Positions 9,660-19,143 are shown, counted from the stretch's first letter. The stretch: 32,000 nucleotides of DNA from Candidatus Thorarchaeota archaeon (GCA_048882505.1 JBHLRO010000012.1:30001-62000); one strand, 5' to 3'. A program made the numbers and translations. The notes: generated by a model from the sequence alone, not told the origin.

Positions 9660-12026
9660 TTAGCGTCTTCTACGAACAATGGCTGGTATTAGGATCAATG
9701 ATCCAAAAACCACGAGTATTTCAAAACCTGGAGAGATACCCGCAGTTGTAGTGGTTGTACTTGGGGTATAGTCGAGTTGATCGAAGTCAAGCGATAAACC
9801 ATAGGATAGACCTGCTGTATCAAAGACACCTGAAATTAGCCAGAAATATTCCGCAGAGGCGTCAAAATCCACAGTCGCTTCACTGAACAAATAGTTCTCT
9901 GTATCATTGTCTGCGGCAGAGACACCTAATGTAATCCCTGCTTTTGCGCCCGCGTGCGTTGTGTTTTTGATCCAGTCCAAACCAAACGTAAAGGTAGAGA
10001 GATCGAAGTCATCACCTTCATCTTGAAGCTGGACTTGGGTTAAAACGAATTCTATGAAGCTTGGGCTGGTTAAAACATCGGAGACGGCGTCTACAACTGC
10101 TTCAACGAACATCATGGATCCGCCCACGACTTCCCAGTCTGGGGTACGTACGGGCAGAGGAATCGCTGACCTTAGCTGATCTAATGGAATTCCAAAGAGA
10201 TTCGGTACAACTTGCGCACCCAGGCCTGCCATTTTATTTGACCCAAAGAGGGTATCCAGGAGTCCCATTGATCGGTAGGAGGTGAATTTAGTGCCAGCAA
10301 GTTCTTGCATTCCAAAAACTATCGCATAATCAGTAAAGATATCAAAGGTTCCACCAGGATTGATCAAGTAGGGTTTCAAAACAGTGCGGGTGAGAGTCTG
10401 GCCTTGCTCGTAATTGTAATACTGTTCTGTGACTTCAACATATGTCACAAATCCGCTCCAGGTTGGAGCAGGGAGGGCAGCCATTTGTTGTTCTATGCTC
10501 CACGGTATGTCGTGACGCCAGTAGTAATCCCAATCTGCTTGTTTATACACCGAGGCTGTTACCGCTCCAGGTTCTAGAAGTTCTGGGACCAAATGGGTAG
10601 TGTTCTCTGATCTTCTTCCTTTATGGAGATCAGTACGATAGAACCAAGTGCTGTTGATGTATGTTTGGGCATCAAACAAGTTAAGGGCAAAGTCAGATTG
10701 ACCCCATTCACCAGTTTCACCACCTAGCGGCCCGTAATAATTCTCTATTGGAGCTTGGGCACCAGATCCAGCTGGAACGCCGCCACCACTGAAGAATCCA
10801 AGTCTATCAGAGAGGAATCGCGCCAAATCGAGCATGCTTCCATCGACATGATAGTATAATCCATCCATCGAGTCAACATGCCAATCCAACAATTTTTCGC
10901 CATCAAGTGCATTAACGGCGCTTTCAATTGAAGTGAGCAGGTCATTGACCAATTGCTCTTGGGTATCATTCACTAAGTCTACTGTGATGTCAAAGAAGAC
11001 ATCCATATTGTATTGGCCCCCATCATTGAGCGCCAGCGGAATATTTGCCGGACTAGGATAGCCTGGTTCCAAATCGAATACGACATAAACCCGTTCATTT
11101 GAATCGAAGCTACCGCTGTGATCCGCATCACTCTTGAAGTCAACGGAAAAACTCGTCAGGATACCAGCATTATCCCAAACACCAGAGACGGAGATATTTT
11201 CCCATTGAAATCCAGAGGTTCCATTGAAGTGTTTTCCCTCGATGGTCAGTGCATAATTACCAGGATAAGACGAAGTGACCTTCCAACTAGTGTTATCGTC
11301 AGGACCTTTCTCACCGCCTTGAGGCAAGACATCCATCCAGTTGGCACTATTGCTCCAAAATGAGTGCGCATCTGCTAGATCATCTAAGACAAAAATGGCT
11401 GGTGTTATAGCTGGAAAACCATCTTTGTATCCAAACAAATGGGCCATATCATTGAGATCGGTAAAGTAGGAAAAGTTCGTCGGGCTACGCACGACCGGCA
11501 ACGGTGGGGTTGCTGAACCGCCAGGAATGGTAAAACTTGTAGGTATAAGATCTAACGGTACCCCTTGAGGAGCAGTTGTTGCGTCTAATTGCCATGCAAC
11601 AGTAATACCTGACCCTAATATGAGGGCAGCCTGCCAATCCAGGAGGCGTTGTCCGCTTGAATCTGTTTGGTCATTGATGATCTTTACGAACAAATCTGAA
11701 CCTTCCATCGTACCATCTATTTTGAATGGAGGTACTCCTTCTCCTTCACCAGAGATGAATCCAACATTCATATATTGGTTCAACGGAGTAACGGCAGTTG
11801 TCAGGTTATATTTGAGATTTGTATTTACCATGCCTTGGGGAAGTGTAGTTCCAGGACCTTGGGTCCATACGGAATCTATACCTAGATCCAGATCCATTGT
11901 GTACGTGCCAGGGAGAGGCCCCCCAGCAAAGGGATCTCCATCCTGAGCCAAGAGGGGCACACCAAGCCCTCCAAGAAGGAGCAATCCAATGGAGACAAGA
12001 CCTAAGATATAAAAGTGTTTTCTCAT
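9660..12026 (-). CDS. Secreted cell-surface (S-layer-like) glycoprotein with PGF-CTERM-type sorting signal
   Basis: Signal peptide MRKHFYILGLVSIGLLLLGGLGVPLLA; acidic and Cys-free, with about 10 N-x-S/T sequons. It ends STTTTTAGISPGF-EILVVFGSLILIPAIV-RRRR (Thr linker, PGF, TM helix, basic tail). Confidence 0.85.
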   Translation of the reverse strand: MRKHFYILGLVSIGLLLLGGLGVPLLAQDGDPFAGGPLPGTYTMDLDLGIDSVWTQGPGTTLPQGMVNTNLKYNLTTAVTPLNQYMNVGFISGEGEGVPPFKIDGTMEGSDLFVKIINDQTDSSGQRLLDWQAALILGSGITVAWQLDATTAPQGVPLDLIPTSFTIPGGSATPPLPVVRSPTNFSYFTDLNDMAHLFGYKDGFPAITPAIFVLDDLADAHSFWSNSANWMDVLPQGGEKGPDDNTSWKVTSSYPGNYALTIEGKHFNGTSGFQWENISVSGVWDNAGILTSFSVDFKSDADHSGSFDSNERVYVVFDLEPGYPSPANIPLALNDGGQYNMDVFFDITVDLVNDTQEQLVNDLLTSIESAVNALDGEKLLDWHVDSMDGLYYHVDGSMLDLARFLSDRLGFFSGGGVPAGSGAQAPIENYYGPLGGETGEWGQSDFALNLFDAQTYINSTWFYRTDLHKGRRSENTTHLVPELLEPGAVTASVYKQADWDYYWRHDIPWSIEQQMAALPAPTWSGFVTYVEVTEQYYNYEQGQTLTRTVLKPYLINPGGTFDIFTDYAIVFGMQELAGTKFTSYRSMGLLDTLFGSNKMAGLGAQVVPNLFGIPLDQLRSAIPLPVRTPDWEVVGGSMMFVEAVVDAVSDVLTSPSFIEFVLTQVQLQDEGDDFDLSTFTFGLDWIKNTTHAGAKAGITLGVSAADNDTENYLFSEATVDFDASAEYFWLISGVFDTAGLSYGLSLDFDQLDYTPSTTTTTAGISPGFEILVVFGSLILIPAIVRRRR

Positions 12027-12035
12027 GTCTTAAAA

Positions 12036-12041
12036 TCACCT
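12036..12041 (-). promoter_or_regulatory. Shine-Dalgarno site (AGGTGA) of the surface protein gene
   Basis: AGGTGA on the minus strand, 9 nt before the ATG at 12026. Confidence 0.7.
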
Positions 12042-12265
12042 TTAAAGGTATTTTTACTGGTAGTTCTCGTGTATTTCTTTCGAGACTCCCTTTCACGCTG
12101 TACTAAAGTTCAACGATCGGGAGGAAGCTCTTATGGTAAGAATTGGATTGATTGTTTATAAGGGTAATAGAATCAATTATCCGCCGAGTTTTACTAGGGG
12201 CTGTTTTGGTTACTTTGATTGGTACGGAGGTTCGAAGACAAAACTAATTATTCTTTCCGGGATGA

Positions 12266-14749
12266 ATGATACATGTCTTGACAGTCAAGATCAACAGAGA
12301 CAAAAAGGAATTATCATTAAGTGTCCGAGACCTGACATTATATGGTGGATTGCCCAAATCCAGAACGGGGATTTTCTTCAAGAATGCGGAAGCAGGTCAA
12401 GAAATCCATTCGCAAATTCAAGAGAAGAAACAAAAAGAAAACGCTGCCTATCAGCAAGAATTTTTTGTGAAACACTCATTGAGTATCAACGGGTGGAAAA
12501 TTACAATCCGAGGCCGTATAGATCTCATATTGAAAACCCCTCAAGAGACTAAAATCGAAGAAATAAAAACAATCTATACAAAACGATTTGAAGATTCCCG
12601 CGAAGATCCTCAAATTTACTCATATAAGTTGCAGCTTCTGTTTTATGCCTGGATTCTCAGTAAAACTGATCCGAACCTTTCTGATCCAGTTTTGAGATTA
12701 ATAATAGTGAATCGTTACGATAATCACCAGTATGATATTGATGTTCCCTTTAGGGATGTCACCAACGACATCCATCAACGAGTACTTGATGTAATTGCCA
12801 AAGAGGAGGAGAATTATAATCAATATGAAAGAAAGGTAGATTCGCTTCGGAATTTACAGTTTCCTTTTCCCTATCGGCAGTATCAAGGAGATATTATAGA
12901 TAAGCTAGAATATGTATTAGAAGAGGGATTGAACCTTATTATTGAGGCCCCAAGTGGCCTTGGAAAAACCGTTGTTTCTCTATACACTCTTCTCCCGAAA
13001 ACAATCATTGAAAACACAAAACTCTTCTTTCTAACAGCAAAAACAACTCAAAGACATATTGTCGAACACACTCTTAGAATGTTTGGAAAACAGGGAGTCG
13101 ACTTCCTGGGGATCGTTTTACGCGCAAAGGAGAAGATGTGTACCAATGAATTCTATTTTTGTCACGAAGACTTTTGTCCTTTTCTCAAAGCCCATATGTA
13201 CAACAATCCCGAGATTTATAAGGAGAAGATTATAAAACAACGTGGGGTTATTACCCCTGAAATAATGGAAGATCTTGCCCGAAAAACTCAGGGATTTTGT
13301 CCTTTTGAATTGGCTTTGGACGTTTCCTTGGACGCTGATGTAATTATTGGCGATTACAATTATGTTTTTCATCCTCGGGTTGTTTTACAACGTTTCTTTG
13401 GGGAAGGAGCGCCTAGAAATATGAAATATTTCCTAATCATTGATGAGGCGCATAATTTGGTTGGGAGGAGTACTTCCTACTACTCTCATAGCTTGTTGCA
13501 GCGCGAAATTGTATCCTTCAAACGAGATTGTACGCAGTTAAAACGTAAGTTTAAGGGAATTCCGTTACCTACGGCCATAGTACCCGAATTAGAAAAAATT
13601 TTTCGGGATTTACAGGTCCTAGTATCCTCCCATCCCATGAATATAACAACTCATGTTATTAAGGGCTCCGATTTACCGCTTCGAACACTAAAAGCCATAA
13701 TTATTCAATATGAAGATGATATAACCCATTATATTCGGTTTTTGGTCGAAAACGGGCATCATTGGCCGGAAGATCCGATCCTTCAATTCTATTACCACCT
13801 TCGCACTTTTGTCGAAACGTCTATTAGCGTTCCCCTCTATCCAAAAGAGTTCTCAATTTTGTTCAATTCTAATGAGGGAGAACTTAAAATCTTATGCAAA
13901 GACGCTTCCTTATTTCTTGGACAACAATTTCAAAAATTCAATTCCGTTATCGCAATTTCTGCCACAATTTCACCTTTTCACTTTTATCGAGATTTGCTTG
14001 GATTACCAGTCGAACGAACGATCCATGAGAGATATCCATCTCCCTTCCCATCTGAAAGAAGAAAAATATTGGTGATAACCGACGTAGATACCCGATATGC
14101 TAATCGACACCTTTCATACCATTCAATTGCCGATTTTCTCAAACGTGCTACCCTTATAAAGCCAGGCAGATACTTTGTTTTTTTCCCTTCCTTCGAATAT
14201 GCAAAAAAAGTTCTCAATCACTATTCCCCAGGAAAGGAACAGCTGATACTACAACAAAACTCGTATATGACTGAAGAAGAACGATTTCAGTTTATTAATA
14301 CTCTAGGAAAGGCCCCACAAGTCTTAGCTGTCGGAGTTACCTCGGGGATTTTTGCAGAGGGAATTGACTTGCCAGGAATTTTGGATGGTATATTTGTAGT
14401 CGGCCCTAGCCTTCCTCCTGTATCCGTTGAGCGTGAGTTAATAAGAAGTTACTACGATGATAAATATAATGACGGTTTTACCTATGCATACCAATTTCCT
14501 GGTCTTACGCGCACCTTCCAAGCAGCGGGTCGCCTAATTCGCTCCGCGAATGATTATGGAATTATTGTGTTTATAGGTCATCGTTTTGGAACACCTGCCT
14601 ATTTTGCCCATTTTCCTTCTTATTACTATCAAACTCACCCAAGGGAGCTAGTTACCACCGATCCCATTGGGGAGATTAAAGCGTTCTGGAAGTTATGGGA
14701 AAAGAAGAAGGATCAATCTATCGAAATAAAAGACTCTAATGTTGAATAG
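12266..14749 (+). CDS. Rad3/XPD/DinG-family Fe-S helicase with N-terminal PD-(D/E)XK nuclease domain
   Basis: N-terminal GRIDLI...IEEIKT...QLLFYA; Walker A EAPSGLGKT; Cys cluster CTNEFYFCHEDFC...FCPF; Walker B IDEAHN; FAEGID and QAAGRLIR. Confidence 0.9.
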   Translation: MIHVLTVKINRDKKELSLSVRDLTLYGGLPKSRTGIFFKNAEAGQEIHSQIQEKKQKENAAYQQEFFVKHSLSINGWKITIRGRIDLILKTPQETKIEEIKTIYTKRFEDSREDPQIYSYKLQLLFYAWILSKTDPNLSDPVLRLIIVNRYDNHQYDIDVPFRDVTNDIHQRVLDVIAKEEENYNQYERKVDSLRNLQFPFPYRQYQGDIIDKLEYVLEEGLNLIIEAPSGLGKTVVSLYTLLPKTIIENTKLFFLTAKTTQRHIVEHTLRMFGKQGVDFLGIVLRAKEKMCTNEFYFCHEDFCPFLKAHMYNNPEIYKEKIIKQRGVITPEIMEDLARKTQGFCPFELALDVSLDADVIIGDYNYVFHPRVVLQRFFGEGAPRNMKYFLIIDEAHNLVGRSTSYYSHSLLQREIVSFKRDCTQLKRKFKGIPLPTAIVPELEKIFRDLQVLVSSHPMNITTHVIKGSDLPLRTLKAIIIQYEDDITHYIRFLVENGHHWPEDPILQFYYHLRTFVETSISVPLYPKEFSILFNSNEGELKILCKDASLFLGQQFQKFNSVIAISATISPFHFYRDLLGLPVERTIHERYPSPFPSERRKILVITDVDTRYANRHLSYHSIADFLKRATLIKPGRYFVFFPSFEYAKKVLNHYSPGKEQLILQQNSYMTEEERFQFINTLGKAPQVLAVGVTSGIFAEGIDLPGILDGIFVVGPSLPPVSVERELIRSYYDDKYNDGFTYAYQFPGLTRTFQAAGRLIRSANDYGIIVFIGHRFGTPAYFAHFPSYYYQTHPRELVTTDPIGEIKAFWKLWEKKKDQSIEIKDSNVE

Positions 14750-15833
14750 CAAAAAATCTAGTTTCCACATAAAGAAGGTTCGGAAGATGCTTTCCGCAGA
14801 AGATAAGGTTTTATATTCTAGGCAGATTATTCTACCCGATTTCGGGGAGGAAGGACAGGTTAAACTAAAAAAAGCAAGGGTGCTGGTTGTTGGATTAGGC
14901 GGACTTGGAACGTTTTCAAGCCTCTTGTTGGCGGAACTGGGAATTGGATACCTAAGGTTGGTAGATCAGGACATCATTGAAGTAACAAATCTTCATAGAC
15001 AGCCACTTTACACTCACTCAGATATTGATCGGGCGAAAGTCGAGGTGGCTGCTGAGAGACTGAAAAGTATCCATCCCTCTATGGTGGTCGACTCGCTTGC
15101 CACCCATATTAATGAGGGTAATGCTGACGATATCCTCCAGAATATCGATGTCGTAATTGATGGATTGGATAATTTTGAAACACGACGGATTCTCAATCAG
15201 GTTTGTCTCAAAAAGGGAATTCCCTTTATATTTTGCGGAGTAAGTGCTCGATCGGGAAATTTATCCACATTTAACTTAAAAAAAGACTCCCCGTGCTTAT
15301 CCTGCATATATCATGGAGTTGATGATGCGGATATCGAGAGCTGTGACATAACTGGAATTCACCCAGCACTCCTACCGATCATAACAGGATTGCAGGTTTA
15401 TGAAGCGGTAGAAATCCTCCTTGGCAATAAATCAAATCTAAATGGTTCTCTTCTGTTTGTCGATCTTCCACAAATGACGTTTGACCATATTTCAATTCGC
15501 AAAAATCCTACATGTCCTGTTTGCTCACATCCCGAGCGTCATCTCCCCGTAAGTTCAGATATTAATTATCGAATGCTAGATTTATGTGGAGGGGACAGCT
15601 TTATGATCGTTCCAAATATTGGACGAAATTCCCTGGATATTCCCAACTTGAGCTCTAAAATCGAAAAGGTCTATAAATTAAAATTGAAAGGTAAATTATC
15701 AATTACCTTTTTTTATAGTGAAAAAATTCTAATTACGCTTTTTAAAGGTGGAAATGCCCTAATTAGAGGAATGAAAGAACCTAGTAAAGTAATGAGCATA
15801 TGGGATCAGATACGCCAACAGTTTATCGAGTAA
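14739..15833 (+). CDS. ThiF/MoeB/E1-like adenylyltransferase with extra C-terminal domain
   Basis: YSRQI, VVGLGGLG, TNLHRQ and DGLDNF motifs; Zn sites CLSC and CPVC; active-site loop ESCDITG; C-terminal LCGG...LFKGGNALIRG domain. Alternative ATG at 14787. Confidence 0.9.
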   Translation: MLNSKKSSFHIKKVRKMLSAEDKVLYSRQIILPDFGEEGQVKLKKARVLVVGLGGLGTFSSLLLAELGIGYLRLVDQDIIEVTNLHRQPLYTHSDIDRAKVEVAAERLKSIHPSMVVDSLATHINEGNADDILQNIDVVIDGLDNFETRRILNQVCLKKGIPFIFCGVSARSGNLSTFNLKKDSPCLSCIYHGVDDADIESCDITGIHPALLPIITGLQVYEAVEILLGNKSNLNGSLLFVDLPQMTFDHISIRKNPTCPVCSHPERHLPVSSDINYRMLDLCGGDSFMIVPNIGRNSLDIPNLSSKIEKVYKLKLKGKLSITFFYSEKILITLFKGGNALIRGMKEPSKVMSIWDQIRQQFIE

Positions 15834-15911
15834 GGGTTTTTGATATGGTTATTACAGTGCAATTTGGACAAGGATTTCTGAGGTTATACTGAACTAGTAG
15901 GTTGATCAGTC

Positions 15912-16961
15912 ATGTCGGAACGTCAAAAGGAAATAGAGGAAAAAATCATCGCTCATGAGAAAGAAAAGAAAATCTTGGAGGGTGTAAGAGCCTATTATGA
16001 GAAAAAAAACCTATCATTCAGTGATATAGAAGAAATTTCAGGGATTTCCATTCGAGAGTTTAAACGGTATCAACAGGAACATGATTACCCCTACCGAGCG
16101 AGTTTAACCCATCTGAAGGCCAAAAAACTATCTGAAAAGATTGATCACCGAATTGCTGAGATCGACAAGGCCATTACAAATCTTCGGGGATCCGTTTTCG
16201 GAACACTAAATCAATTAATTTTCATTCCCAATTGGCAACGTCTAATTGGAACCTCTTTCACAGGGTTCTATCGAAATCAGCCTGTTCAAAAAATCTTCCA
16301 AGCAACCGTAGCGTTCTTGCCTGATATTGCATTAACTGGGTTTGAGGAAACCATGGGGGAACCTTTTTTTCTTTTGACTGGTTTAGGGATCTATTATGTC
16401 AAGTTTCAAATGGGAGCTGGCTCAATAGTTACAGATCATCGGGAGATAACTGGCATTGTTTTACCTCTAGATGTTTATGAAAGAGCCCAAGATGAATCTG
16501 GATCTTTGCTGGAAAGCACCGTTTTACGCATGACAGAGTATATTACCGCCATTCCTTTTTCTCTTGTAATGGCCAGGCGGACTACACAAATGTATCTGCG
16601 TGGTGTACTTTCAAGAAATGTGTTTATGCCCAATAAGGAGTGTTTTGACCAATTGATGGCAAGTTGTCAAGACCCTAATAGTTTTAGTCCGGATGAAGGA
16701 TTTAAAATCCTCTCAGGAGGACTATCAACTCAACGGCAGCTTTACACAAATGAAATTCTCACAGAACGCCCATTGGGAGATTATTCGAGTCTTATCGCAG
16801 GGATAAAAAACACTCAACCCAAATTGGACAAAATTCTTGCTGATTTACAGCTGAACGCTACTCGAGACGCATTTTTTACCAAGCTTCAACAGATTAAGAG
16901 CGAATTTTACGAAATTGGTCGTAAATTTCTGTTTGATTGGGAACCCTCTTACGTTACATAG
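15912..16961 (+). CDS. Hypothetical protein with N-terminal coiled-coil and HTH-like segment
   Basis: 349-aa ORF with protein-like composition; YYEKKNLSFSDIEEISGISIREFKRY resembles a UPF0175-type HTH. The rest is unrecognised. Confidence 0.7.
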   Translation: MSERQKEIEEKIIAHEKEKKILEGVRAYYEKKNLSFSDIEEISGISIREFKRYQQEHDYPYRASLTHLKAKKLSEKIDHRIAEIDKAITNLRGSVFGTLNQLIFIPNWQRLIGTSFTGFYRNQPVQKIFQATVAFLPDIALTGFEETMGEPFFLLTGLGIYYVKFQMGAGSIVTDHREITGIVLPLDVYERAQDESGSLLESTVLRMTEYITAIPFSLVMARRTTQMYLRGVLSRNVFMPNKECFDQLMASCQDPNSFSPDEGFKILSGGLSTQRQLYTNEILTERPLGDYSSLIAGIKNTQPKLDKILADLQLNATRDAFFTKLQQIKSEFYEIGRKFLFDWEPSYVT

Positions 16962-17067
16962 AAATCAGGGAACTAACGAAAGGAATTCTCTCTGCGTTAA
17001 ATTATATTGTGTCTCTAGGCTAAGAGTTCAAACGAGGAAGCCAAACAATACTTATATTCAAGCAAAC

Positions 17068-17086
17068 CGCCCCCATTAAAAGGGGG
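17068..17086. terminator. Hairpin at the convergent junction between the hypothetical gene and the aminotransferase gene
   Basis: CCCCC-ATTAAAA-GGGGG (17070-17086). Terminator function is inferred from position. Confidence 0.4.
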
Positions 17087-17111
17087 TTGTTAAGGTGCTA
17101 AAACCTCCGTT

Positions 17112-18272
17112 TTAATGAAAAAGATCCCTTAGAACTCTTATCATAACCTGAACTTCCGATTCGGCAACCCCTGGATGAATAGGAATTTCAAAATGTGTTT
17201 TTGCAACCTGATCGGTGTTGGGCAGCTTTACCTGAGAATAATCTGGATAAGTAACGAACTGACTCCACCTCCAATTTCTAATACCTTCTAGATAGGTAGG
17301 CTGCTGATGGCAAGGAATATTGTAGATTTGTCGTGAACCGATTCCTTCATCCTTCAGCATTTCCACGACCTGCCGTGCTGTAATATTACCTCCACTGATT
17401 GTAGGCGCGCAAATGTAATCGCTATGAGTAAACCCAGGTGGGATATCTTGATTGTGAATATTTTCCATTCCATAAATCGCCTGTCTGATGGATTTTGCAT
17501 TCCTATGCCGTTTTTCCAGCATTTCGGGAAGTTTTCTTAGCTGAGCCAACCCGAGAGCAGCCAATGGATCTGCTAAACGGAAATTATACCCTATAACGGT
17601 ATGATAATACCCCCCCTTTTCACTTCTCCCATGGTTTTTCAGGCTTCTGATTCTTGCTGCAAGGTCATCGTTATCTGTTACAATCATCCCTCCTTCTCCA
17701 CTGGTTACATTTTTAGTAGCGTAAAACGAAAAACATCCAACATCCCCAAACGATCCCACATGCTTAGATTTTATGTAAGCCCCGTGAGCCTGGCAGGCAT
17801 CTTCAATTACATACAGATCATGTTCCTCTGCAATATCTAACAGTGCGGGCATATTTGCAGGAAGGCCGAAAATATGTACTGGTAGAATTGCCTTCGTTTT
17901 AGATGTTATCAAACTCCTAACAGCTTCTGGATCTATATTGTATGATCCTGATTCTATATCTGCAAATATCGGAATATTACCACAAAGACTAATGGCATTT
18001 GCTGAAGCGATAAATGTGAATGCTGGGGTTATAACTTCGGATCCTGGTCGAATTCCTAATCCTTCTAAAGCCAAATGGAGAGCAGCGGTACCGTTTACTG
18101 TCACAATCGCATTCTTTACCCCAATAAACCTTGAAAACTCTTTTTCAAGCTCACGGGCATATTTACCCTCAACAAATCCCTTTGATCGTATTGCCTGACC
18201 AACTAGTTCTATCTCATCTTCATTGATTTGAGGTTGCGCAAAATACTTCACGATATCGCTCTCCAAGGCCAA
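17112..18272 (-). CDS. DegT/DnrJ/EryC1/StrS family PLP-dependent sugar aminotransferase
   Basis: NGTAALH, TPAFTFIASAN, PVHIFG and EDACQAHG motifs, PLP-lysine motif SFYATKN, GEGG, GYNFRL. Confidence 0.95.
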   Translation of the reverse strand: MALESDIVKYFAQPQINEDEIELVGQAIRSKGFVEGKYARELEKEFSRFIGVKNAIVTVNGTAALHLALEGLGIRPGSEVITPAFTFIASANAISLCGNIPIFADIESGSYNIDPEAVRSLITSKTKAILPVHIFGLPANMPALLDIAEEHDLYVIEDACQAHGAYIKSKHVGSFGDVGCFSFYATKNVTSGEGGMIVTDNDDLAARIRSLKNHGRSEKGGYYHTVIGYNFRLADPLAALGLAQLRKLPEMLEKRHRNAKSIRQAIYGMENIHNQDIPPGFTHSDYICAPTISGGNITARQVVEMLKDEGIGSRQIYNIPCHQQPTYLEGIRNWRWSQFVTYPDYSQVKLPNTDQVAKTHFEIPIHPGVAESEVQVMIRVLRDLFH

Positions 18273-18350
18273 TGAATCTGAAGGAGAGCAACCTTAAAAA
18301 TAGCTTTAAAAAAACACGAAAGACAAAAAGAATCCAAGGTTGAGTTTTCG

Positions 18351-19073
18351 TTGAATCGGGAAAAAATCCATAATTCCTTGGTCTCACAGGTCGTACAGAA
18401 CTATGATAACGTTCGTTCACAGCTGGCTCTCCATGCTCGTCCAGAGATAAGCCCTCAAATCATCGTCGTTACGAAAAATCAGCCAGTTCACTTGATAAAA
18501 CAATTGATAGCTCATTTACCCCGTCCCATATTTGGTGAGAACCGTATTCAAGAGGCTCTTCCCAAGATTGAAGCCTGTCAAACAGCTTCCCAAAGCGTGG
18601 AGTGGCACTTTATTGGAACCCTCCAACGCAATAAGGTGAAAAGGGCTCTTGGAAGATTCTCTTTAATCCAATCATTGGATCGACTTTCTTTAGCCAAGGA
18701 AATCGATAAAAGAGCAGAGCAACAGAATATTGACCACGTAAATTGCCTTCTACAAATTGATGTGAGTAGGGATGGATCGAAATCAGGGGTGATTGCCGAT
18801 ATCGATACCATAAAACAATTTCTGCGTCAGTGTGAGGAACTCTCTCGTCTTCAAATCCTTGGATTAATGACAATGGCACCGTGGCTACCACCAGAGGAGA
18901 CTCGGCCCTATTTCAAGCAAATGGCCCAAATATTTCTCACCTTACAGGGTTTGTCGTTACCTTCAAATGTCAGAATGGAAATCCTTTCAATGGGAATGAG
19001 CAATGATTATTATGTTGCAGTTCAGGAAGGAGCGAATATGATCCGCTTAGGGACGGTGTTATTTGGAAAATAG
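18351..19073 (+). CDS. yggS: YggS/PLPBP family pyridoxal-phosphate-binding protein
   Basis: VVTK, FGENRIQE, WHFIGTLQRNK, GLMTM, LSMGMSNDY and GANMIRLGT motifs; TTG start. Confidence 0.93.
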   Translation: MNREKIHNSLVSQVVQNYDNVRSQLALHARPEISPQIIVVTKNQPVHLIKQLIAHLPRPIFGENRIQEALPKIEACQTASQSVEWHFIGTLQRNKVKRALGRFSLIQSLDRLSLAKEIDKRAEQQNIDHVNCLLQIDVSRDGSKSGVIADIDTIKQFLRQCEELSRLQILGLMTMAPWLPPEETRPYFKQMAQIFLTLQGLSLPSNVRMEILSMGMSNDYYVAVQEGANMIRLGTVLFGK

Positions 19074-19143
19074 TTAATTGGAATAATAATCATTTAGAAA
19101 ACATTCTATATCTCTTATTTTCTTCTTAATAACCGAGACAGAC

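Noticed and set aside
12133-12552. 139-aa + strand ORF overlapping the helicase start in another frame
   Set aside because: It overlaps a well-supported gene by ~290 nt and has no motifs. The helicase frame is already complete, so no frameshift is needed.
12266-14749. CRISPR type IV (CasDinG) or Cas4 interpretation of the nuclease-helicase
   Set aside because: No repeat-spacer array or cas genes are present in the window, and the nuclease lacks the Cas4 Fe-S cysteines.
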